Assembly (NCBI GenBank): GCA_963729625.1
Contig: CAVSOU010000011.1
Coordinates: 878,534 to 942,533, forward strand
Source: an uncultured bacterium
Lineage (GTDB): Bacteria; Chloroflexota; UBA5177; JANWHV01
DNA: 64,000 bases
Direction: 5' to 3'
The position numbers and the translations under genes are program-made. Shown piece after piece: positions 10,651 to 19,861 of the stretch; the stretch's first letter is position 1; every line of letters starts with the position of its first letter. A model generated the notes under the pieces. It worked only from the letters and a program-made list of their open reading frames with translations. It did not search any database and was not told the origin of the DNA.

Positions 10651-11811
10651 GTGATCCACTGGCGAAAACCGGCACTCATCTGTGTACTGCTTTCGATGCT
10701 CACGCTCCCACTCGCCGGCGCCCACGCGCCCGTCGCGCGCGCCGCGACCGGTATCTCGACGATCGTGTTGCCCGACGGAAGTCGACATACGCTGCAAACA
10801 CCATCCGACCTGCAGGTTTCGGTCTACGCCACCGGGCTGCCCAACGCCAGGTTTATGGCTCTGGGACCGCGGGGCGACGTCTTCGTGGGAAGCTGGTATG
10901 CCGGCACGGTTAGCGTGTTGCTCAACCGGAGCGGGGCGACGAGGGCGACCGGCGCCGTTACGCTGCTCAGCGGCCTCACCGTGCCCCATAGCGTAGCCTT
11001 TCGGAATGGACTGCTGTACGTTGCCGAGGAGGGGCAGGTCACCAGCTGGAGTTACGATCCGTCGGCCGTGCGCGCCGGTAACGAGCGCGTGGTCGTCGCG
11101 AGCCTGCCGACCGGAGGGCGGCATGTCACGCGTACCCTCAGCTTTGGGCCGGATGGATCGATCTATGTCTCGGTCGGCTCGTCCTGCAATGAGTGCATCG
11201 ACTACTCGAATCGAGCCGTGATCATGCGCTATCGCGCCGACGGCTCCGGCGGGACCGTCTATGCGAGCGGCCTGCGCAACTCGGTCGGGCTGGCCTGGCA
11301 GCCGGGAACAAGCAGGCTGTGGTCGATCGACAACGGCGAAGATCTGCTGGGCGACAATATTCCTCCCGATGAGATTGACATAATCAAGCAAGGCGCCAAC
11401 TATGGCTGGCCGTATTGTTGGGGCAATGGGCAGAAGGATCCGTCCGTCTACTCCGCCCCGGGCTACTGCGCGCGCACCGTCGGCCCCACCGTATCGCTGC
11501 AGGCGCACTCGGCCCCTCTGGGCCTGACCTTCTACAACGGCACCCGACTACCGGCGCGCTACCGTGGCGGCATCTTCGTGGCTTACCACGGATCGGCCTA
11601 CCGGTCGCAGCTGACCGGCTACAAGGTTGTCTTCATACCGGTGCATGGGACATACGCCGGGCAGCCGCAGGACATCGTTTCGGGCTGGCTTCCATCGGAC
11701 GGGAGCAGCGTCTGGGGCCGGCCGGTTGGACTGCTGGTCGCTGCCGACGGCAGCCTGCTCATCTCCGATGATATGGGTGGCGTCATCTACCGTCTGTCGA
11801 CGGCAGGGTGA
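10651..11811 (+). CDS. PQQ-dependent sugar/L-sorbosone dehydrogenase family beta-propeller
   Basis: AGGAGG RBS and signal peptide; H.TRTL.FGPDG, VSVGSSCN, GLRNSVGL, PPDE, NYGWPYC, AHSAPLGL, HGS, GRPVG, SDD motifs. Confidence 0.9.
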   Translation: MIHWRKPALICVLLSMLTLPLAGAHAPVARAATGISTIVLPDGSRHTLQTPSDLQVSVYATGLPNARFMALGPRGDVFVGSWYAGTVSVLLNRSGATRATGAVTLLSGLTVPHSVAFRNGLLYVAEEGQVTSWSYDPSAVRAGNERVVVASLPTGGRHVTRTLSFGPDGSIYVSVGSSCNECIDYSNRAVIMRYRADGSGGTVYASGLRNSVGLAWQPGTSRLWSIDNGEDLLGDNIPPDEIDIIKQGANYGWPYCWGNGQKDPSVYSAPGYCARTVGPTVSLQAHSAPLGLTFYNGTRLPARYRGGIFVAYHGSAYRSQLTGYKVVFIPVHGTYAGQPQDIVSGWLPSDGSSVWGRPVGLLVAADGSLLISDDMGGVIYRLSTAG

Positions 11812-12092
11812 TGATCCCATACCAATGGCCGCCGGCCTCTCTACGGCTGCTGAGCATCGTACGCCGGCCGCTTGCGCGTCCAGGTTAGGTTGTGTGCACA
11901 GCCCCATGTGCCAAAGGGCGGGCCGCCTCGATAAAGTTTGATCCGGGGTCAGCGGGTTTCGGCGGTGGCGAACCGCTGTACCCCTCGGTCGAGAACCTCG
12001 AGTGCATTCTCCGCGATCTGCACAAGTGACGTCCTGCTGGCTAAAGATCCGTCTGCTTCTGCCGAATACGGTAGCGAGCGGAAAGGTCTGAC

Positions 12093-12374
12093 ATGCCTGT
12101 AGCGGTGGCGGAGCAGAGAGAGTTCATCGACCTGTTCCTCGATGCACTCGACGAGCAGGAGGCCGTCCAGGCAGCAGCCCCAACGGTACTCTGGCAGCCT
12201 ACGTGCGCTGAGATGGCCAGCGTGCGGCACGCCAGCATGAACCGCGTTGTGCAGTCCGCCGCGGCGCGTCATACCGCCTCGCGGCAGCAGATGGCGACCT
12301 TGAGGCAGGGCCAGGAAACCGTCAGCTTCTACTATGGCCGCGGCGTAGTGCTCGAGCAGATGTGGCTCGCCTAG
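12093..12374 (+). CDS. Hypothetical protein (93 aa)
   Basis: GAAAGG RBS, coding-like composition, no family recognised. Confidence 0.5.
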   Translation: MPVAVAEQREFIDLFLDALDEQEAVQAAAPTVLWQPTCAEMASVRHASMNRVVQSAAARHTASRQQMATLRQGQETVSFYYGRGVVLEQMWLA

Positions 12375-12560
12375 TGTATTCCCACGCGTGTGGGTACCCG
12401 ACCACCTCCCAGCAGTAGGGAGAGAAGCGCGAACCGGTTCGGATTACGCCCCCCTATGCTACGTTTTCGAACGCAACGTGCCCGTCCAGTGCTAGTATGG
12501 AACCCAACAGGTGTACAAATGCGCATGCGATCGGGTCGCGTGTTTCGAAAGGCGAATCCA

Positions 12561-13592
12561 ATGGATAGCCCACGGGCGACCATCAAGGCTGTAGGCGTTG
12601 GCGGCGGCGGGTGCAATGCGATTAACTGGGCGGTCAATCAACGCGTCCAGGGGCTGGAGTCGATCGCCGTCAATACGGATAACCAGGCTCTGCTTAATGC
12701 GCAGGCCGCGATCAAGATTCGCATCGGCGACAAGGTGACCAAGGGCCTTGGATGTGGCGGCGATCCGGAGGTGGGCCAGCGCGCCGCCGAGGAATCGCAC
12801 GACGATCTGCAAGCCGTCCTGGAGGGCGCGGACATCGTTTTCATCGCCGCGGGTATGGGTGGCGGTACCGGCACCGGCGCGGCGCCCGTGATCGCGCAGA
12901 TCGCGCGGGATACCGGCGCCCTCACCATCAGCATCGTCACGAAGCCGTTCGTCTTTGAAGGCACCAGGCGGCGGCAGATCGCGGAAACCGGCGTCGTCGC
13001 GCTCAAGGCGTGCTCGGACACACTGATCACTATTCCGAACGATCGGCTCCTCGGGCTCACCGACAAGAAGATGACCATGCGTATGGCCTTTGCCCTGGCA
13101 GACGACGTCTTGCGCGCCGGCATCCAGGGGATTTCGGACACGATCACCCTGCCGGGCCTGATCAATCTTGATCTGGCCGATATCAGGAGCGTCATGGCCA
13201 ACGCGGGCACCGCTTTCATGGCCGTCGGTCGCGCCGCCGGTGACGAGCGGGCCACAAACGCGGCGCGCCAGGCCATCAGAAGCCCCCTCCTGGAAGTCTC
13301 GCTCGAGGGCGCCCGCTCCATACTGCTGAATATCACCGGGAGTGACTACACGCTCTTCGAGGTGAACGAAGTAGCCGACATCATTCAGAAGACCGCCGAC
13401 CCCGAAGCCGATGTCGTGTTCGGCGCCGTCCTCGACGAGGCTATGAAGGGCGAACTCCAGGTGACCCTGATCGCTACGTACCTCCAGGATCCAACGCTCC
13501 GGCTAGATGGCGGAGCCGATGCCGGGACGCCGGGCCTTCGCGCCGGCCAGCTACGATCTTCCGGCTACGCTGGACCCCCTCGTATGCCGTAG
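12561..13592 (+). CDS. ftsZ: Cell division GTPase FtsZ (stand-alone copy)
   Basis: IKAVGVGGGGCNA, AVNTD, AGMGGGTGTGAAP tubulin signature, TKPF.FEG, PND, GLINLDLADI T7 loop. GAAAGG RBS before ATG 12561. Confidence 0.95.
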   Translation: MDSPRATIKAVGVGGGGCNAINWAVNQRVQGLESIAVNTDNQALLNAQAAIKIRIGDKVTKGLGCGGDPEVGQRAAEESHDDLQAVLEGADIVFIAAGMGGGTGTGAAPVIAQIARDTGALTISIVTKPFVFEGTRRRQIAETGVVALKACSDTLITIPNDRLLGLTDKKMTMRMAFALADDVLRAGIQGISDTITLPGLINLDLADIRSVMANAGTAFMAVGRAAGDERATNAARQAIRSPLLEVSLEGARSILLNITGSDYTLFEVNEVADIIQKTADPEADVVFGAVLDEAMKGELQVTLIATYLQDPTLRLDGGADAGTPGLRAGQLRSSGYAGPPRMP

Positions 13593-13700
13593 CCGCCGGC
13601 AGACCCGGCCTTGGAGTAACAGGCAGGTGGAGCCTAAACCGCGCCGCGGGTACGATCGACGTTGTATGCACTGGTGGCAAGCGCGGAAGGAGTCGGCGAA

Positions 13701-14468
13701 GTGAGCCTGCACGGCAAAGTGGCGATTGTAACGGGCGGTAATAGCGGCATCGGTGCGGCGATCGTGTTGGCGCTGGCGAAGCGGGGCGCCAACCTCGTCA
13801 TAGACTATGTCTCGCACCCGGAGGCCGAGGCGGAGCTGGAGCGGCAGGTGGCGGCGCTCGGAGATAAGGTGACCGGGGTCGAAGCCGACGTGAGCAAGGT
13901 CGCCGATCTGCAGAGACTCGTCGACACGGCGGTCGAGCACTGTGGCCGCCTCGACATCATGGTCAATAACGCCGGAATAGAGACGCGCACCTCCGTGCTC
14001 GACACGACCGAGGCGCAATACGAGCTCGTGCTGTCCGTCAACCTGAAGAGTGCGTTCTTCGGCACGCAGCTGGCTGCCAAACAGATGATCAAGCAGGGAA
14101 GCGGCGGCCGTATCGTCAACATCTCATCGGTCCACGAGGACTGGCCCATGCCTGGCAACGCGCCGTACTGTCTCTCAAAAGGCGGCATGCGCATGCTGAC
14201 GCGCACGGCGGGCGACGAGCTTGCCAGGCATGGTATCCAGGTCATCGGCGTTGGCCCCGGCGCCGTGGCGACCCCGATCAACAGCCAGACGCTCCAAGAC
14301 CCTTCCGCCCTCAGCAAACTCAACGCCGCTATTCCGTTGGGTCGTATGGCGCGTCCGGAAGAAATCGCCGACGTCGTCGCCTATCTGTGCGACGAGGGTG
14401 CGAGCTACATAACCGCCACGACATTGTTCGTGGATGGCGGCCTGATGCAGAGCAGTCCCGGTCTGTAG
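13701..14468 (+). CDS. SDR family oxidoreductase (glucose 1-dehydrogenase-like)
   Basis: TGGNSGIG, NNAG, NISSVHE, YCLSK, GPGAVATPIN, VDGG. AAGGAG RBS. Confidence 0.92.
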   Translation: MSLHGKVAIVTGGNSGIGAAIVLALAKRGANLVIDYVSHPEAEAELERQVAALGDKVTGVEADVSKVADLQRLVDTAVEHCGRLDIMVNNAGIETRTSVLDTTEAQYELVLSVNLKSAFFGTQLAAKQMIKQGSGGRIVNISSVHEDWPMPGNAPYCLSKGGMRMLTRTAGDELARHGIQVIGVGPGAVATPINSQTLQDPSALSKLNAAIPLGRMARPEEIADVVAYLCDEGASYITATTLFVDGGLMQSSPGL

Positions 14469-14505
14469 CCCGCTGCTCGCGTTCCAGCAACGCGCCGCAA
14501 TGAAA

Positions 14506-14530
14506 AGCCCGGAAGCAGTGCTTCCGGGCT
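14506..14530. terminator. Stem-loop between convergent SDR and nitroreductase genes
   Basis: AGCCCGGAAGC-agt-GCTTCCGGGCT perfect 11-bp stem with an A-run on the left (U-tract on the minus strand). Confidence 0.65.
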
Positions 14531-14741
14531 ACGTATTGTCTGCATCGACGGCTGTGATGATACAAGAATGAAAATGTATGATAGTGTCGCCGCGATGCGC
14601 CAATGGCGAGGCGCGTACTCTGCGCCAGCCCCATGAGTGTAGTCCCTGCGAGATGAACGCGACATGACGCTCGGGGCGGCGCCAGTGGCCGTTGCCTGAT
14701 GGAGGGCCGCAGGCGCGAGCGGAAGAGCCGCGCGCGGCATT

Positions 14742-15248
14742 CTATACGAAGGGCTGCCCGAGCCGCTCCCTGAAAGCTACTTCCGCCAATGGCTTCCGAT
14801 TCTTCTTGCCCCGTCCAATTGCATCGAGCGGGTAGCCAAACGGGACGATCGCCAGGATCTCCAGGTCGTCTGGAATGCCAAGCAGCGAGTTGACACGCTC
14901 GAGCCCGGAGAAGCCGACCCAATTTGAGCCAACCCCTTCGGACCACGCGGTGAGCATCATGGATTGGATAGCCCGGCTGGCATCGGATACGGCGTACGGC
15001 GTCTTCTCGATTGCCACGGCGATGGCGAGCGCCGCCTGCGCGATATATGGACCTGTCTTTGCCAGGCCTCCAAGCTGACGCAGCGTATCGCGGTCCTGTA
15101 CCACGATGAAACGCCACGGCTGCTGGTTCATCGAGCTTGCCGACACGTGAGCGGCTTCGACGATCTTCATCACCACCTCTTCGGGCACGGGCTTGTCAAG
15201 GTAGCGCCGCACAGCCAGCATGGTTCGAACAGCATCAAAGGTATCCAT
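14742..15248 (-). CDS. Nitroreductase family protein
   Basis: AVRRYLDKPVP, ASSMNQQPWRFIVV, MMLTAWSEGVGSNW, PFGYP, RKPL. AAAGGA RBS. Confidence 0.92.
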   Translation of the reverse strand: MDTFDAVRTMLAVRRYLDKPVPEEVVMKIVEAAHVSASSMNQQPWRFIVVQDRDTLRQLGGLAKTGPYIAQAALAIAVAIEKTPYAVSDASRAIQSMMLTAWSEGVGSNWVGFSGLERVNSLLGIPDDLEILAIVPFGYPLDAIGRGKKNRKPLAEVAFRERLGQPFV

Positions 15249-15414
15249 TTCACGAGTTTCCTTTCTCCAAATACTGCTGCATTTTCTCGCCGAGCCCGCT
15301 GCTTCGCACTGGTGGCGCCCCGGCTCGGGTACCATACTTAATACTACATTCGTGCCGCGGCGATCGACTCATCCGGCCGGCCGCGTGCCTTGAGACATAA
15401 TGAGGGTAGGCGCA

Positions 15415-15678
15415 ATGCAAAAGTGGGAGTACTGTCACATCGACACCTTCCGGAGTCCAAAAGTGGCCCGGTTCGCGGACGCGACAGGCGTGCGCGAGGA
15501 GACCTTCGCGCCGGGCATCGAGGGCACCCTCGCGTACTTCGCAAATCTCGGTCTTCAGGGCTGGGAGTTGGTAGGCGTGGAAGTGCGCGTCGAATCGCGT
15601 CAGGCCGAGGCGGGGTCTCTTGATCCAAACAACGTTCGCAGCCAGCCGGTCTATTGGTTCAAGCGGCCACTGGACTGA
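15415..15678 (+). CDS. DUF4177-like small protein
   Basis: MQKWEY...LGLQGWELV...YWFKRP signature. Confidence 0.75.
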   Translation: MQKWEYCHIDTFRSPKVARFADATGVREETFAPGIEGTLAYFANLGLQGWELVGVEVRVESRQAEAGSLDPNNVRSQPVYWFKRPLD

Positions 15679-15762
15679 GTCTCGAACAGGGATTCCGTTC
15701 GCTTACCCCGTCGGGTCCTTCCAAGCTTCCAAGCCCAAGCTCTAACCGTCGATGCCGCGATG

Positions 15763-15771
15763 TGCTATAGT
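15763..15771 (+). promoter_or_regulatory. Extended -10 promoter element (TGcTATAGT) of the cold-shock gene
   Basis: TGnTATAGT about 90 nt upstream of the start codon, giving a long 5' UTR as is usual for csp genes. Confidence 0.6.
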
Positions 15772-15858
15772 TAGTTGTCAGCACAGGAGCCTCTAGATCG
15801 AGTTGGCGTTCAACCAATCCTCTCACCGATCCTCCTCACATGGCAGAAAGAGAACACA

Positions 15859-16071
15859 GTGGCACAGGGAACTATTGCACGCGTTACCGACCGGGGTTTT
15901 GGCTTTATCCAGCAGGAACAGGGCGGAGAAGACCTCTTCTTCCACTCGTCAGCTCTGGTAGGCGTCACGTTCGACGAATTGCAGCGCAATGACGTTGTTC
16001 AGTATGACACGGAGCCGGATACGCGAGGTCGTGGAAGTCGCGCTGTGAACGTTCAGAAGGTTCGTCGCTAA
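15859..16071 (+). CDS. Cold-shock domain protein
   Basis: RNP1 RGFGFI, RNP2 LFFHSS, C-terminal RAVNV. Confidence 0.93.
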   Translation: MAQGTIARVTDRGFGFIQQEQGGEDLFFHSSALVGVTFDELQRNDVVQYDTEPDTRGRGSRAVNVQKVRR

Positions 16072-16117
16072 CCCGCGCCGCGTTCCTCTTGGGCATGACA
16101 AAGCGCGCGTAGACCCA

Positions 16118-16152
16118 GAGAGAAGGTAGTTCACAGATAGCTACCTTCTCTC
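16118..16152 (+). terminator. Hairpin downstream of the cold-shock gene
   Basis: GAGAGAAGGTAG...CTACCTTCTCTC 12-bp stem. Confidence 0.55.
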
Positions 16153-16312
16153 GCTGATCCGGTTGACCACAGATTGCTCGTGCAGCAGAGAAGCTGATGG
16201 CGCAGTGGTGAACATGGGCATATCGAGCTAGCCTCACTCCGTGCACGAGGTGTCTGAACGGGCCCAACGGCAGTCGTGCAGGGGGCCAGGGACGCACGGG
16301 AGGAGAGCCACC

Positions 16313-16726
16313 ATGTCCCGCGATCAAGAGCCACTGGAACGCGACGCGCGGCTCACGGAGAACAGCATGATGGATTCTATCCTCTATGATGGTGTGGATC
16401 CAATGGCCACGCGGCGAGCGCACATGAGAGACGTGACGATGGCGCGCCAGGCGGCTGAGCGTCGCTTTGCACAGCGTGGGCCCGCCGAGAAACAAGACAG
16501 ACCAGCACGGCTCACCGCCGCGAAGGAGCGCGCGGCAGCGCTCAGGCTAGAGCTGGAACGTATCAACGTTGCCAACCGGCAGTGGCAGATCGAGCATGGC
16601 GAGGCTGTCCTCGATCTCCCCGATCGAGGACATCGGAAGATCTCAGTCGAGGAACAGCGCCACGCACCGACCGGCGAGTTTACGCTTGATCAGATGAGCG
16701 AGTCTCCTGCATCTGTCGATCCATAA
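16313..16726 (+). CDS. Hypothetical protein with a coiled-coil-like segment
   Basis: GGGAGGAG RBS before ATG 16313; charged helical composition. Confidence 0.55.
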   Translation: MSRDQEPLERDARLTENSMMDSILYDGVDPMATRRAHMRDVTMARQAAERRFAQRGPAEKQDRPARLTAAKERAAALRLELERINVANRQWQIEHGEAVLDLPDRGHRKISVEEQRHAPTGEFTLDQMSESPASVDP

Positions 16727-17813
16727 AGATCTTGACTCCGCGCAGCACGCTGAGATCCTCTCGGGACCGCACGACCGCCACCTGAACCGTGGCGCCCTGA
16801 TCGCCGATTGCGCGGTCCCCTGCGCCATGCAGGTTGGCATTCTCGTCCAGGGAAACGCCGAGGTAGCTGAGCCCATCCGCGATATCCCGGCGAACGAGCG
16901 CCTGATGCTCGCCGACACCACCCGTGAATGTCAGGGCGTCAATGCCCTCCAGCGCGGCGACCAAGCCGCCGGTCACACGCGTTACGCTGTGGATGAACAT
17001 CTCGTAGGCGAGCCGCGCGTGAGCATTGCCGCGCGCAGCCTGGTCCATCACGTCGCGAATGTCGCTAGACACCCCTGAAACGCCGAGTATGCCCGATCGG
17101 TGCTCGAGCGTGTCGTAGAAATACTCGACCTCGATTCCGTGGCGCACGAGAAACAGAAGCGTGCCGGGGTCAATGGCGCCCGATCGCGTGGCCATGATCA
17201 CTCCGTCGAGCGGCGTGAAGCCCATGCTCGTATCGATCGACTCGCCGTCGAGCACGGCAGTAGCGGAACAGCCGACGCCGAGGTGACACACGATGTGGCG
17301 GTGGGGAACGATGCCGAGCAACGCGGCGGTCCGCCGTACCGCATGCTCCACGCTCAGACCATGAAAGCCGAGCCGGCGTATGCCCCAGCGCTCGGTCCAC
17401 TCGCGCGGAATGGCATAGACAGCGGCTCGATCAGGAATGGTGCGATGGAATGTGCTGTCGAAGGCAGCCACGTGAAGCGCGCCGGGCAGTGCCTCCAGAG
17501 CAGCGCGCATGCAGGTCACAGTGACGGGATTGTGCAGCGGTGCAAGCTCGTTGAAGCCCGCGATCCGCTCGATCGTGGCGCGGTCGACACGGACAGGCTC
17601 GTGGAAGACGCCGCCGCCGTGCACGACGCGGTACCCCACCGCGCTCACATCACCGGCTGCCGCAAGCATGCTCTTCACGGCCCCGCCCAGGTCGTCCGCG
17701 GCTATGGCCGAGTATGGAAGGTCGGCCTCGGCAAACAGGGCGTCCGTATCGGCATCCAGCAAGGACCATTTCAGGCTGCCCGAGCTGGCGTTGAATACCA
17801 TGACCTTGACCAC
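16680..17813 (-). CDS. ackA: Acetate/propionate kinase
   Basis: NASSGSLKW, RVVHGG, LAPLHNP, FDSTFH, GFHGLS, CHLGVGCS, DTSMGFTPLDG, TRSGAIDP, FTGGVGE. Confidence 0.93.
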   Translation of the reverse strand: MVKVMVFNASSGSLKWSLLDADTDALFAEADLPYSAIAADDLGGAVKSMLAAAGDVSAVGYRVVHGGGVFHEPVRVDRATIERIAGFNELAPLHNPVTVTCMRAALEALPGALHVAAFDSTFHRTIPDRAAVYAIPREWTERWGIRRLGFHGLSVEHAVRRTAALLGIVPHRHIVCHLGVGCSATAVLDGESIDTSMGFTPLDGVIMATRSGAIDPGTLLFLVRHGIEVEYFYDTLEHRSGILGVSGVSSDIRDVMDQAARGNAHARLAYEMFIHSVTRVTGGLVAALEGIDALTFTGGVGEHQALVRRDIADGLSYLGVSLDENANLHGAGDRAIGDQGATVQVAVVRSREDLSVLRGVKIFMDRQMQETRSSDQA

Positions 17814-17964
17814 GACTGCACTCCCAGACCCGATAGGTCTCGCCGCCTACCTGAATACTACCAAGTACCGGAGGCGTGGTACGTCCGATACGCACGGAGC
17901 ACAGGAAAGGCTCTGCCAAGTCCTGTTCGCGGCTCGGCGGACAAGGCTCAGCAGGCCGCGGGCT

Positions 17965-18765
17965 CTATGGTTCCAAGTGATCGGTGAGGAGGAATCGCGT
18001 CACTATGCCGGCAAGTAAAGCGGGCGCGGAGTACATCGCGACGTGCTCCTGCCCAGGCAGCAGCGCGATGCTGCCGTGCGGCAGTGCCCTGGCCACGGCT
18101 TCCACTGCGGCGCGCATCCGCGGTGGGCTGTTCTCGCCAAGCAGCAAAAGGCTGGGCGCCCGTACGACCGCCAAGCGCCGCGGATCGAGCACGTAGTCGC
18201 TGACGATCTGAGCGTCGTAGGGAGTAGTATGCGCCAGGGCAACAGTGGCCGGCCAGCGTGTGGAGTGCTGCATCCAATCAATCTCTGTGGCTTTCAGCCT
18301 CGGCCCCTCACGCAGGAACGTGCGCATGGTCTCCGTCTGGTCACCGCGAGCGAGCAGGGCGCGCAGTCTCTGGGCAAGGTCCGCCGGGAACCGGTCCGGA
18401 CCCGTAAACAGCGGTGGTTCGTAGAGCACCGTCCGCATCAGGCGCTCGCTCGCCCGCTCTGCTGCCGCCATGGCGCAGATCGCGCCTGAGGAATGGCCGA
18501 ACAGGAAGGCCGGCGCACCAATCTGGTCAAGCACGGCGATGATATCCTCCGCCTCTCGCTCAGGCGCGTAGTCAGCGGCATCACCGCTCCCGGCACGGCC
18601 GCGCCGGTCCATTGCGTGGACCGTGAAATGGGCGCGAAGCAGGGGCAGCACTGCCTTCCAGCAGCTCGAATCGACCGTAGCCCCATGCACGAGAAGAAGC
18701 TGCGGCCCTGTACCTACCGTGTCGAAGGCGATCCTCGTACCGTCCGCGGAGCAGGCTAATCCCAT
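17965..18765 (-). CDS. Alpha/beta fold hydrolase
   Basis: SADGTRIA, LVHG, DRRGRAGSGD, GHSSG elbow, LYEPP, GQEH. Confidence 0.9.
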   Translation of the reverse strand: MGLACSADGTRIAFDTVGTGPQLLLVHGATVDSSCWKAVLPLLRAHFTVHAMDRRGRAGSGDAADYAPEREAEDIIAVLDQIGAPAFLFGHSSGAICAMAAAERASERLMRTVLYEPPLFTGPDRFPADLAQRLRALLARGDQTETMRTFLREGPRLKATEIDWMQHSTRWPATVALAHTTPYDAQIVSDYVLDPRRLAVVRAPSLLLLGENSPPRMRAAVEAVARALPHGSIALLPGQEHVAMYSAPALLAGIVTRFLLTDHLEP

Positions 18766-18804
18766 GCTGTTCTCCAATCTCGCTGCCCGGCACGATCCTA
18801 GCAC

Positions 18805-19040
18805 AGTCTGACTTCCGGGTTCCTGGAGGAGTCTTGACGGTTACGTTCGGCGGCGGCATGCTCGGCTCGGCGATCTTGGCGGTGCGTCGCCACCCATACG
18901 CGTACAAGGCTGCGGCAGCCGCGGGATCGGCACTGGCGATCTTCGAGATCGTTCAGGCCGCTATGATCGGCTTCAACCCTCAGCAGCCGGTCTTCCGGTG
19001 CGCCGGCTATGCACTGTCGAGCTTAGCCTGGGAACGACGC
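18805..19040 (+). pseudogene. Remnant of a small membrane protein gene
   Basis: Reads SDFRVPGGVLTVTFGGGMLGSAILAVRRHPYAYKAAAAAGSALAIFEIVQAAMIGFNPQQP, two TM-like helices with no convincing start. Confidence 0.4.
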
Positions 19041-19139
19041 AGCAGCGCCCCAAGGCGCTGGGGGTCCGCGGCGCTCCACGCGCTGCCAGGGCGACCCACT
19101 ACGGCGGGTACCCAGGCTGCTTCCCGTGCCACGACCGTT

Positions 19140-19556
19140 TTACTTGTGGCTCGCCAGCCAGCCAGCCGCCTCGTCGAACGAGGTGAAGGATCGCGCCTCG
19201 CGCTTGAGGCCCCGCTTCGTGCCACTGCTTACCATGTTGGCAACGGACATCGCACCGACGGCCGACTCCGATATCAACACGGCCGAACGCTTCAAGCCCG
19301 CGGCCACGAAGCGCGGCATAAAGTCGGACGCAAACCACGCTTGGTCGATCGCCTGCAAGACCTTGACAGCCCGCGTGTCGAAGAGTATCTGGGCGCCCTT
19401 GTTCCGCCGGAGCACGTCGATCGCCGCCTCGTTGCCGGAGTGGTAGTACTCGGAGGTCGGCGCGCCGCGCCACTCCATATGCAGGTACTGGCCCTCCTCG
19501 ATCCAACGCAACGTGCAGTATGGGTTCTCGTATGCCACGATATCCGTAGGAAGCAT
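19140..19556 (-). CDS. SpoIIAA-like (STAS/SEC14-type) protein
   Basis: EWRG...ILFDTR...DQAWF..DFMPR...GLKRSAV...F..FDEA..WL pattern. GAGGAG RBS. Confidence 0.75.
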   Translation of the reverse strand: MLPTDIVAYENPYCTLRWIEEGQYLHMEWRGAPTSEYYHSGNEAAIDVLRRNKGAQILFDTRAVKVLQAIDQAWFASDFMPRFVAAGLKRSAVLISESAVGAMSVANMVSSGTKRGLKREARSFTSFDEAAGWLASHK

Positions 19557-19861
19557 TGCTTATGGTCTCTCCTCGCTCATCTCTGAAACCGGCGGCACAC
19601 CGCGTCGAATGCGCTGCCGTACCCGCCAGCGCTTGCGGCAATCTTCTCTCAGGGTCAACGCGACACCTGCCAACACGCGCGGCAATGGTAGTGCGCTGCA
19701 CCTCACCGAACATTCTACCGCTTGTGACGGACAACCGGGGCGTGACGCACGGTCAGCCAGGGGTAGCCGTTACTGGCAAATTCATCGCCGCGGCGGGCGC
19801 CAGCGGGCAGCGCCATCCACGACCAAGAAACACGATATGGCCGAATGACATCGATCGCGAG

